Source of the DNA: Octopus sinensis
Taxonomy: Eukaryota
Length of the DNA stretch: 64,000 bases
Reading direction: 5' to 3'
Assembly (NCBI RefSeq): GCF_006345805.1
Contig: NC_043009.1
Span: 25,048,001-25,112,000 of the forward strand
Below, piece by piece: positions 52,656-64,000 of the stretch (position 1 is its first letter; each line of letters opens with the position of its first letter). The notes beneath the pieces were generated by a model. That model worked only from the letters and a program-made list of their open reading frames with translations. It was not told the DNA's origin and searched no databases. The translations under genes were made by a program, and so were the position numbers.

Positions 52656-53857
52656 CATATATATGTGTAATATATATATTATATATATATATATACATAC
52701 ATACATACATACATACATACTACATACTATATACATACATACATACATACATACTAACATATATTCATGCATTACGCCTACACAGACATTAAAAATATAT
52801 ATATAAATACGTACATATATGGTGCTCAATGTTATATACGCATACATACACAAATAAATACATTTACATACACGCATATATTTTGAATTAAACAACACTT
52901 AAGCACACATATTTACATAGATACATAAGTATATACGTATTCATACATATAGACACATACATATATATACATACACACAGACGCATAACAATGTATCCAT
53001 ACATTCATGCTTACATACACACGCACATACATGCATACATACATACGTACATGCATACATACATACTTACATACACGATCACAGTTTATCATACATGTAC
53101 GTATATAGTCATTCATACACAAACCGCTCCCTAAGCGAGACCGCACACGCTAATATATCTATATATACATATATATATATATACACATACATATGCACAC
53201 ACATATTTACTGAGACACACAAAACACTAACTTGATAAAATATGCCAGTCGCACACACACTTGCGCACACGTACACAAGCTGGGCCACTAGACGTACATA
53301 CACGCACGTCTTCACATGCTTACACACAAAATGCTGAACTCATATTCACACAAATTATTACGTTTGCTCACACGCATAAACTTCAAAGAATCCACACACA
53401 CACACACAAGCACTCACACACACACACACACATACACACACACTCGCACACGTACACATACACAGGCGTTCGCATAATTCTTTTATTTTATTGTTTTAGT
53501 CATCGAAACGGAGACCAAGCTGGAGCAACGCCTTGAAGTGTTTAGTCGCCCAGATCGACTCCATCAGTCTATTAATTATTCTATCGATACTTTGAGGCGA
53601 ACTGCTAAGATACGGGAACGTAAACCGGACAACACTGGTTTCGAGAGGCGAGAGACAAACAAAAAAAACATGTGCGCGCACACCACACATTACCCCGAAG
53701 GTATCCATCTGTCTGTATATCTTTCTTATATATATAATATATATATAATATATATATATAATATATATATATATATTATATATTTATAATATATCTAGAT
53801 ATATATATATATCTATATATATATATATATATATTTAATATATATCTATATATATAT

Positions 53858-53909
<52 letters not shown>

Positions 53910-53969
53910 ATATATATATATATATTGTATCTGTATATATCATATAATATAATATAAATATTATTATAT

Positions 53970-56900
53970 ATGATTGATTGATTCTAGTTTCAGCTTATGA
54001 GCTGTGGCATGCTGGGGCACCGCCATTTGGTGTTGCTACTTGGTTTCACTTCATGGAGGCTTTCTAGCAACTGCCACCTGGTGTGCATGAGAGAGTTCGA
54101 TGCAGCTGCCCTCATCTCCCCTCCTGCCGTGAAGTTGGTTCATCTGGGACACCTGACAGGAAGAGATCCAGCTCATTTTAAAGACATCTGTATCCACCCC
54201 ATGCAGGTCTCTCAGGTTCTTCGGAGGATATTGAAGAGCTGTGGGCCTCGGAAGCCCAGGCTATCACAGAATCTTGTCCTACATCTTGATGGCAAGTTTG
54301 GAGTCCTAGGCACCACGCAGTGGCGCCCAGTTCTGGCATTTGCGTAACTCTCGATGCCAAAGTTCAGGACACTCCCTCCAGGATCTTCCAGATGTATATT
54401 ATGGCATATCTTTCCCGCCTACGCTCCAGGGAATAATTTTAATCTCTTGAGTCTTTCCCAGTAGCTTACATTCTGCATAGAGGCTATCTTCTTCGTGTAG
54501 CTTCGTTGGATCGCCTCAAGTTCTGTGATCAACTTGACACTGGATGGTGACCATAGCTGAGAGCAATAGTCAAGTGGCTTAGGACAAGTGTCTTCCAGAG
54601 GACCATCATGGTTTCTTGTTCTCTTGTTCTAAAGGTTCTAAGAATCCATCCAGCCAGCCGTCTGCATTTCATTGTCAGTTTAGCAACATGTACATGAAAG
54701 GTCGCGTCATCACTCATGTGAATACCCAGGTCACGCACTGATTGTGCCTCTGGGATTGCAATCCCTCCGGGTCCAGTGTATTCCTTGGGTATTGCATTCA
54801 GTTTTGCATGCTGATAGTATAAAGCTTGAAACTTTTCAGCATTGAACTGCATGCTATTCTTTTCACCCACTTGTATATTTCGTCCAGCTCACATTGCAGG
54901 TGCTAGTGTCTTCAGGGTTCTGTATTGCCTGTGAAACTTTTGTATCATCTGCATAACTTGTGATCGTGGCTCTCCGTGGCTGAGGGCATGTCTGAGAGGG
55001 CCATTATGAACAGTAGTGGTCCCAAAACAGTGCCCTGTGGAACACCGCTCACTATTTGCGTGCTAATGGAAGTGGCCCCATTGGCTACTACCACCTGACT
55101 TCTATTCTTCAGAAAGTCGTGAAGCCATTCTCCTAGTTTTCCAACTATCCAGATCACGCAGTTTGTGACATATCATTCCATGATCGACTTTATCGAAGGC
55201 CTTTGCGAAGTCGAGATATATGACTTCCACATTTGAGTGGTTGAGCAGTTGTTTCAGCACCCAGTCATAGTGCTGCAGGAGCTGAGTTAAGCAGCTTCTT
55301 CCTGGTCGGAACCATGTTGGGTGTCAGGCAGCAAGTCATTTTCTTCAAGGAAGGTGATTAGTTTCCTTCTGACTATTCGTTCCATGACCTTGCTGATGTG
55401 TGAGGTCAGAGAGATAGGTCTGTAGTTCTTGGCCTCCGCTCTGCTACCTCCTTTATGAATAGGGCATATTTTACCTTCCTTCAGTTTTCTTGGAAGTTTG
55501 CCAGCTGCAAGGAAGCTCTGAAAGAGGAACTGCAGTGGTCTTGCTAGACTCTCTTACATACTTTTGGAGGATTGCCGGGAATCCATCGGGGCCAATAGCT
55601 GAGTCTGTTTTCATTTCATCTATAGCCTTTATTACATCGTCTTCCTTTATATCGATGTAATTTATCGTCGCCGCCTCTGATTCTATATCTGCAGTGGTAA
55701 AGAAGTCAGTTGGATTGCTGATTTGGAATGCCCAAGGGGTGGAGTGAAAACACTCTTGAATTGTTCATTCAGTATTTCACTTACCCTCATTGGTTTTCCT
55801 GTGAGTGTGCCATCCTTTTCAAGGAGTGGCCCTATCCTACAGTGCACCGTAGCTGTTTCTTTGGCATACCTGTAGAAAGCTCTGGGGTTAGTTTTTATGT
55901 TGTCTATAGCCCAGGCTTCTTTGTCTGCTCTTTCCTTCTCATGGGAGAGTTGCAGACAATTTTCAATTTCCAACAGTTTTATTTTCAGGCGGGACTTTTC
56001 ACTGCTTTCAATTTGTTTGTTTAGGCGATTTGAAATTTTTGTACGCCGTCTCATTAAAATTTTCCTCTCTCTGGGGATTTTGTTCTTGTGTACAGTGGCC
56101 TTTCTCTCTGGGACACATTTGTAGCATATGGCTTGCATTACAGACATGAATTGTTGAAGTATCATGTCGATGTCCGGCGAGGAGAGACATTCAGGCCAGT
56201 TTTGTTTGAGGATCTCTTTCTCAATTTGTTTCCAGTTTGCCTTATTGAAGTTCAAGCTGGAAAGATTCTGAGGGTTTCTTGTAGGCTGCATGTCCGTGCT
56301 CTCTTTTGGCCCGTACATGGTCAGCTCTACCATGTTGTGATCCGAGAGTAGTGTCGGTGTCACTTTCACATTATGGATGAGATCCATATTATTTGTGAAG
56401 CAGAGATCCAGTGTGTTACCTGCTCTGGTTGGTTGGAGTATTACTTGCTCCATGTACAGGGTGTTGATGAGGTTCAGGAGGGACCTCGCCTGTCCTCGTT
56501 CACATCTTGTCATTCCTGGGAGAGAAAGGCCCTCGGGCCATCTGACATTCGGTAGATTGAAGTCTCCCATGAGTAGTACACTTATGTGTTGTTCTAATGT
56601 GGTTAGAACTTCTTCTATTTTTAAAAGGCAGTCCTCAAACTTGCCCATATGACTTGGGGCATCTGGAGGGCGATATGTAGCACACACAACTACATCAAGT
56701 TGCCTTATGTGTACAATTAGTGTGTCACACACCGAGTTTGAGTATGACAAAAGGACCTGGGATGTGAGGTCCCCACGGATGTACCATAGCACTCCTCATG
56801 ACTCCTTTCTCCTGTCGGTCCGTAGTACAACATACTGTGGTATGTGTAATTCCGCATCTGCTATGTCCGGTTTCAGATGCGTTTCTGTGAGTGCTATGCA

Positions 56901-57280
56901 TAAGGCTTGATTGCATGCGACAAAGTCTCTCAGGAACGGGACTTTTGTCCTGTTACTGTGTGTTAGTAGTCCTCTGATGTTCAGTAGGAGCATCGAGGTG
57001 AGGTGTATGCTGTTGCCGGCGGTGTCCACCCTGGGTCCATCTGCTGTGGCGGTCTTGTGAACAGTGGGCAGTTCCATCTGCGAGCCTGAGCCTGATGGAG
57101 CCAGGTTAGCTGCTGTACAATCTTTTGTGCCATGCACAAAAAAGATTCCTGCTCAGCAGCTGCCCTTTCAAAACAACACGTGGTGGTGGTTTGTGGTACG
57201 CACCACATCTGCGTACCTCCGTTTTGGGGCAGGTAATGCGTGGTCCATCCCATTTCCTTTCGGTGTTGGTTTCTGTGGCA
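53970..57280 (-). mobile_element. CR1/L2-group LINE: ORF1 3' remnant and complete but disrupted APE-RT ORF2
   Basis: APE motifs LLNIRGL, LTETHL, YRPP, LMGDFN, TRAGNTLDL and LSDHNMV. RT motifs NYRPISLTS, YLDFAKAFDKVDH, SGVPQGTVLGPLLF, YADD and RDLGI. In-frame stop at 56796-56798 and several frameshifts. (ATCA)n tail, with TA microsatellites on both flanks. Confidence 0.92.
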
Positions 57281-57391
57281 TATATATATATCTATATATA
57301 TATTATATATATATATATATGCATATATATTATATATTATTTATATATATACTATATATATTGTGATTATATATTTATTATATATAATATA

Positions 57392-57437
<46 letters not shown>

Positions 57438-57489
57438 TATATATATATATATATATTATGCATATATGCATACGTAATGTACATACATC

Positions 57490-57527
<38 letters not shown>

Positions 57528-57539
57528 TATGTGAGCACA

Positions 57540-58030
57540 AGACGTCACGAAACACGTACAACTCCACTTCTCCCACTGTTCTCACTGTCTGTCACTCTCT
57601 CTCCCTCATTCTTCCTCCTTTGCTCATGTGGCTCCCACGTGACCATCGGCCATCTTTCTTTCTTCTCCTAACTTGTGTTTCTATCTCTCTCTTCGTTGTA
57701 GCTGGATCAAGGAAGACGTGTTCTTGTCTGTTTCCTGTCCAAGCTTGATTTACGCGTTCGCCACCACAACCTCGTTTAGGCTTAGCAGCCCTTTTTGTTT
57801 CTTTTCACTGTCCTGTTTTTGTTACCAATTTTGACCCTCCGCAAAATCCCAAATTTTATCTAATTTGCTTTGCGGGTGCAACTGTTTTATCGAAAGCGTA
57901 TCTTGTGAATTGCTCAAAATACGAGAGTAGAAAAACAGCCAACAACTGATGAAGGGTCGTTCTTTATATTGTTTGTCTTTTTTCCATTTGTATTTTTCGT
58001 TGTTCGAAAAAATAGTTCATATTCCATGTA
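57540..58030 (+). mobile_element. Probable Penelope-like non-coding remnant
   Basis: Pyrimidine-rich body with CACGTGACC, resembling 62650-63050 (-), and CTGATGAAGGG at ~57947. Confidence 0.3.
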
Positions 58031-58137
58031 CTCGTACTTTGTATGTATGCTATATATATACGTATAGATGTAAGTATGTACATATACGTATGTATATATG
58101 CATATATATATATATGTATATATAATCTATCGCCGTT

Positions 58138-58176
<39 letters not shown>

Positions 58177-58249
58177 ACACGTACACACACTTTGTGTACT
58201 GTTCCTTGAAGGTAAGGTCTACAAAAAGAGTACTCAATCTGGTGAGAGA

Positions 58250-58860
58250 TAAATGTTATTTAAGAAACACATATTTTATGCGCTACGAATAGTTTTATGC
58301 GATGAAAAACAGCTCAGACGGCATTTTATAACACGCCTGGTGCCTTCATACAATCTTCTGGCTCGGTCCACAGAATATAACAGGCTAAAACAGGACGATA
58401 GAATAAGAGAAAATTCGAGAAGAAAGCAGATGTAAAAGGTGGAAGGTTCAAAACACCAGAAAACGAAAAAGAAAAATTGGGAAAAATTAGAATTATGTCC
58501 CCTTTGACTGTAAAGTCATATAGCTGAATGGATAGGGGCCAAAAGTCTGCGGTACAGCTGCTCAATTCGGAGAGGGTGGTATTTTTCAAGTCGCCAACAA
58601 GAACTTACCTGCCTGTTTACATTCGCTGAAAATTTCGGATCTGGAATTCAGCAGTGCGGGGTTCATAGATCTGAAAAGCCTCTTGGTGGTGTTTTCATGT
58701 AACGATGCTCTTGGTGGTGTTTGTAATAACTCGGGCTCCTTTTATTGAGCCTGGTCACAGTTCATTTATTTTCGTTCAACGTCTGGCGGTCGTCTTAGAC
58801 ATTCTCTCAACATCATTCACATGCGCCTGACTCGGTCTCAGAAGTTACAGCCCGGGTTGT
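58250..58860 (-). pseudogene. Penelope-like element ORF C-terminus and downstream pLTR remnant
   Basis: Minus frame ...NTTKRLFRSMNPALLNSRSEIFSECKQAGKFLLAT* matches the LLNxRSExxSxCxHxxKFLL C-terminal motif of PLE RT/GIY-YIG proteins. Confidence 0.6.
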
Positions 58861-59063
58861 TATCTACAGTATAATCGTAAATATTAAAAGTAATTCCCCA
58901 TGATAGATCGCTAGCCACTAAGCCTTTTCTATTTTATTTTCTCTCCCTGTTTATTTCTGTGTTCTTTTCTGTCGAAGAGCGTAGGCTCGACACGTAAAAA
59001 ACTTTCTCACTTCCCAAGCGTTAAACTAATACATCTTTTTTTTTGGAAATTCTCACTAAACAC

Positions 59064-59096
<33 letters not shown>

Positions 59097-59129
59097 GTAT
59101 ATAATAATATCTGTATAGATATATCTATA

Positions 59130-59189
<60 letters not shown>

Positions 59190-59813
59190 TATATATATAA
59201 CATCCAGATAGACGATACAAAGAAAAAAAGGACGAGTCATTCGAAGTTTTCTTTCCTCAATGAAGCACATTTGTATTCTTTGAGTATACATCACTTTCTA
59301 TTTAAATGGTCATTTCATCTCACGCCCCGGCAATACTCAATGTATTCTATGTCCACTTATATACATTAGTAAATTAGATACATGGTTACAAGACAACGAC
59401 AGTCGCCACATTTCAGCTGACGAGAACTCTGAAGAAGAAATGCTCCAAATTTTCTCCCCTTCTTCCTTTTCCATTCAATGATGTTAGGTAACACTTAATA
59501 TTTTATGTTAAATAATTTATTTAAATTTGCTGTCCATATTTTTGGTTGTTGACAACACAAGATGAAGCCAACACAAACAATATACAATATGTGTGTGCGT
59601 GTGTGTGTGCGTGTGTTTGAGTATGTGGGTGTGTGTGTTTGCGCGCGCATTGGTATCTTGTAAATTTGCCAGAATTTCAGCGAAATTTCCACTGCAGGAA
59701 ATGACCTCTGAAAAATGTTGTAAATGGGTCATTTTCATACAATTTGTTAATTTGTTACACGCATAGACATATACACACAAATACACGCATACACCTCTCT
59801 CTCTTTGTTTCTC

Positions 59814-59883
<70 letters not shown>

Positions 59884-59974
59884 TATATATATATGTGAGT
59901 GTGTGTGCACATATACATATGTATGTATATATATATATATCATATATACATGCATACATACTATACATACAAAC

Positions 59975-60050
<76 letters not shown>

Positions 60051-60058
60051 TATATTTA

Positions 60059-61663
60059 CAGTGGCGGCCAAAATGTTCAGAACGGTATTGTTTTCGTCAG
60101 AAAAGTAGATATAAGCTTTTATTAAAATTGTTTTATATTCTATGATTTTCACAGACAATAAATACAATATTATTTGTTATTGCCTGAGATTTTGGTGTAA
60201 TTTGAGAGGATGATTTAGTGATTTACTGAAAACCCATGGCGACCAAAATGATCAGTACGGTTGCTTTTACTCCGTGTTTTAGTATATTTAACCGGCGAAC
60301 TCTAATGTTTTGAATTTGTTTACGTGACGGTTCGTTTACTAACCATTAGTAAGACTATTTGCAGTGTACTTCGTTAATATAATGCCACTTACTCCGTTAC
60401 CAATTCGTCAGCAGATTATTAAGCTTCGAAGGATGGATAATTTAAGTATTGGATCTATTGCAAAGATTGTTAACAAGTCAAAAAGTGTTGTACGCGGTAT
60501 TCTGAAGGTCTACGATGATTGTGGTTCGTGTGAAGCAAGAAAGTTTACAGGTAGGCCAAGAAAAACGACCAAGAGAGAAGATCGTGCTATGGTAAAGTTG
60601 GTTAAAAAGGACAGATTTAAAACTGCTGCTGCTGTTTCTCGGAAAATGAGCATTGTTTTGAAGAAAACTTTATCTCGAAAAACTGTGTCTCGTCGTTTAG
60701 TTGAACATGACCTACAAGCAAGAGCACCTGCAGTGAAGCCACTGATCAGCTCCAAGAATAAAAAGTGTCGTCTTACCTTTGCAACCGAACATGTTTTGTG
60801 GTCTCAAGAAAAATGGCAAACGGTGCATTTCAGTGATGAATCTAAGTTTATGTTATTTGGCTCAGATGGAAAAGGTACGTTCGTAGAAAAGTAGGTGAAA
60901 AATTGTCGCCTAAATGCTTTAAGACTAGTGTTAAATTCGGTGGAGGAAGTGTCATGGTTTGGGGGATGATATCTGGAGATGGTGTGGGCCCTTTGGTGCG
61001 ATTACATGGAAAGGTAAATGCAGGAGTTTATAAACAACTTGTAAAAGATCATGTCTTGCCTGTGCTGAGAAATTCAACTAAGCGACCACCCATATTCATG
61101 CAGGACAATGCCCCATGTCACAAGGCTAAGGTGGTCATGAACTTCCTTAAGGCTGAAAAGGTTATTGTTATGGATTGGCTTTCTCAAAGCTCAGATCTCA
61201 ATCCTATTGAAAATGTATGGAATATTCTAGGAGAACGTTCGAAAGCCAGAAATCCTAAAACATCTGAGCAATTATGGAATGCCCTTCAGGAAGAATGGAA
61301 TAAGATCACCCAGCAAGAAATTGAAAATTTAATTTCCTCATGCAGTCAAAGGTGTCAGAGTGTGATTGAAGCTAAAGGGTTTCACACTAAATATTAAATA
61401 ATTCCAGTATTCTCTGTCATTTTTGATTATTTTATTTTTTTAACCGTTCTGATCATTTTGGCCGCAGGGGTTTTGCAGTAAATCACTAAATCATCCATAA
61501 CTTTTGTATTATCCTCTCAAATTACACCAAACTCTCAGACAATAACAATTAATAATGTTTTTATTGTCTGTGAAAATTATAGAATATAAAACTACTTTGA
61601 TAAAAACTTATACTTACTTTTCTGACGAAAACAATGCCGTTCTGAACATTTTGGCCGCAACTG
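60059..61663 (+). mobile_element. Full-length Tc1-family DNA transposon (IR/DR type)
   Basis: ~200-220-bp imperfect TIRs starting CAGTGGCGGCCAAAATGTTCAGAACGG / CCGTTCTGAACATTTTGGCCGCAACTG, each with an internal direct repeat (CCAAAATGATCAG.ACGG). TA lies on both sides. Confidence 0.95.
60382..61397 (+). pseudogene. Tc1 DD34E transposase with a single -1 frameshift at ~60870
   Basis: HTH N-terminus, GRPRK, FSDES, GGGSVMVWG, QDNA and DLNPIE, with 34 residues between the second D and E. Adding one A to the A-run at ~60870 restores DGKRYVRRKVGEKL. The WPxQSPDL motif is mutated to WLSQSSDL. Confidence 0.92.
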
Positions 61664-61675
61664 TATATATTATAT

Positions 61676-61720
<45 letters not shown>

Positions 61721-61795
61721 ACATACCTATATACATATACATACATACAGCATGCATATACTGCCATACATATACATATATATATATATTATATA

Positions 61796-61845
<50 letters not shown>

Positions 61846-61850
61846 ATATC

Positions 61851-61894
<44 letters not shown>

Positions 61895-62382
61895 ATATAT
61901 ATATATAATATGTATATATATTAGTATTATATATATGTATATATATGTATATATATATATATATATAGTATGTATATTTAAGATATTCGCATAAGCATCA
62001 CTATAAATATATTTTCATATATATGTGTATGTATATGTGTGTATAGGCATATACAAATCAACCCCATGACGTATTCGTTGTAAGCATAGTACTTATTCTA
62101 TCGGTTTCTTTTGCCTAACCGCTAAGTTACGGGGACGTAAACACACCAGCATCGGTTGTCAAACGATGGTGGGGGACGACCATACACACACCAAATTCAC
62201 TCACTAAACTTTGGTCGGCCCGATGCTTTAGTAGAAGACACTTACCCAAGGCGTCACGCAGTGGGACTGAACCTGGAACAATATATAATATTATATATAT
62301 AATATATAATATATATGTGTATAATATATGTATGTATATTATATAAATACGTGTATATGTGTGTGTGTGTGTGTGTATGACG

Positions 62383-62432
<50 letters not shown>

Positions 62433-62434
<2 letters not shown>

Positions 62435-63492
62435 TAAAAATACAAACTGAGACAAGAACGTAAAACATTTAGAAGACGATACAAAAATCACGGACAGGAC
62501 ATTCGAAGTATTCAATCTTCAGTCAAGAACCGGATCATCCTAGCAATTTCGGCTGATTAATCTTGAGATTAGTCTTATTAATCTTACGACTAATAAACAG
62601 TACAACTTAATTTAGCTGGGGTATTTTGGAAAAAAAAACCCTTTATCGGCAGACGAAGACAACGATGTTCTCACGACAGTGGTCGGAGGTCAAAAGGCTG
62701 GTTTGACCAGCGGTCACGTGAGAGAAGAGTGAGAAAAGAAAGGGGGCAAAGGAAACAAAGAGAGAGAGAAAAAGAGGACGGAGGCAACAGGGGGGGGGGG
62801 AGAAGAGAGAGAAAGAAGAAATTAAAGAGGGGAGAAGAAAGAGTGCGTGCCAAGGATTGGCTGGGGACAGAATCAATGAGTGCAAGTGAGAAAGACAGAG
62901 AAATCTGAGAGAGTGGGGGAAGAGTAGACCAAAGAATCAGAGGCAAGAAAAGAGAAAAGGAGGAGAAGTAGAGAGAGAGAGAGAGAGAGAAGGAGACAGA
63001 TCAAAGTAGAGTGCACAGTGTGAAAGGAGAGAAAGACAGTGTATAGAGTCGTACTAAATTTACAGGAATATGTACTTACATAAGGCCAAAGAGGGTACGG
63101 ATGCCGCTATATATATTATATATAGAAAAATACAAACTGGGACAAGAACGTAAAACGTTTAGAAGACGATACAAAAATCACGGACGGGACATTCGAAGCC
63201 TTCAATCTTCAGTCAAGAACCGGATCATCCTAGCAATTTCGGCTGATTAATCTTGAGATCGCTCCGATCCGGCCAGCCCCAAAGAAAAACTAAGCTACGA
63301 GCATTAGATTTCTTGAAAGAAGGATCGAATGTATACGAAACAGGGACAGAAAAACGGACGATGCCACACGAATATAAAATACAAAAAACAATAATGGTAA
63401 AAACTGGACAAAAACAACGGGTGTCTTACTACTAATAAACAGTACAACTTAGTTTAGCAGGCGTATTTTGGAAAAAATGCCTTTATCGGCAG
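62433..63492 (-). mobile_element. Penelope-like partial-tandem structure (pLTR, truncated body, pLTR)
   Basis: Direct repeats at 62433-62650 and 63123-63492 (the second has ~165 bp of extra internal sequence). Each contains CTGAAGA on the minus strand, and they flank a purine-rich body. Confidence 0.55.
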
Positions 63493-63524
63493 ATGTATAT
63501 ATGTATATATATATATAGTCAATT

Positions 63525-63705
63525 AGAAAAATACACAGAAAAAAGAAACGTGAGGACGTAGCACATGCAATGTATTAATAAGACGCTCAGAGAAAGAAGA
63601 GAGTAGTTGTTTTACATTTCGGGCATAGCTCTTCGTCGGAAACAGGAAAAACAGGAAAGTCCAAAGGGAAAGAAGAAAGAAGGAAGAAAGAATCGCCAAC
63701 AGTCC
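63525..63705 (-). mobile_element. pLTR-like repeat with a degenerate hammerhead (same family as 39650-40685)
   Basis: Minus strand TTTCCGACGAAGAGCTATGCCCGAAATGTAAA. Related copies at ~47440-47620 and ~58900-59065. Confidence 0.6.
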
Positions 63706-64000
63706 ACACATATACTCATGTACATGTGGTATACAATACATGTTGTTAATACACAAACTTTGATATTCATTCAACTGCCTCAATTATCATTTGTGCCCAT
63801 GGCTCTATATTTTTGACATGAATGGGTCACGCGCACGACTTAGCACTCGCGCGCGTGTGAGTGTTTGCGTTTGTGCGTGCGTGCGTATGTATGAATGTAT
63901 CTTTAATCTCTTACTTTTTCAGTCGTTGTACTACGGCCATGCTGTAGTTTTGTTATTTTTTAAGACTCTTACCTCTTCTATTGTTTCGTATGACGAACCA

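Noticed and set aside
55728-56910. Plus-strand ORFs over the LINE
   Set aside because: Antisense shadows of ORF2 with no recognisable motifs.
58608-58864. Minus-strand host exon with a perfect CAG|GTAAGT donor
   Set aside because: There are stops in all frames after the putative acceptor, and the peptide reads through the donor as a Penelope-like C-terminal motif. Exonisation cannot be excluded.
59415-59445. CTGACGA...GAAATG hammerhead-like string
   Set aside because: Stem II does not pair, so it could be a chance match.

Overview
Eukaryotic, AT-rich, microsatellite-saturated genomic DNA with one 100-N gap (32408-32507). It is most likely intronic or intergenic sequence from a coleoid cephalopod (Octopus-like); this is inferred from the repeat families and the (TA/CA/TATG)n density, not from a database search. 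No host protein-coding gene can be confidently called, and nearly all ORFs in the track are translated microsatellites. The interpretable content is transposon-derived: (i) a nearly complete but disrupted CR1/L2-group LINE (~53970-57280, minus) whose 3' end matches the tail of the most abundant SINE in the window; (ii) a full-length IR/DR-type Tc1 (DD34E) element with one frameshift (60059-61663); (iii) an RTE LINE 3' end followed by a ~1.8-kb hierarchical tandem array (42593-44915); (iv) a second RTE-like family with three C2H2 fingers and a putative bipartite non-autonomous derivative, associated with (TATG)n; (v) a CRE-like REL-endonuclease remnant; (vi) many Penelope-like remnants and pseudo-LTRs with minimal type I hammerhead ribozyme motifs from several distinct families, plus long palindromes; (vii) a Helentron/DINE-like element, piggyBac-like and hAT-like MITEs, mariner remnants, several tRNA-derived SINE families and a tRNA-Gly(TCC) pseudogene. 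The most interesting signals are the density and diversity of hammerhead motifs, the RTE-derived bipartite element and tandem array, and an apparent CpG-decay boundary near 15-16 kb. Coordinates were read by eye, and repeat ends may be off by several bases.
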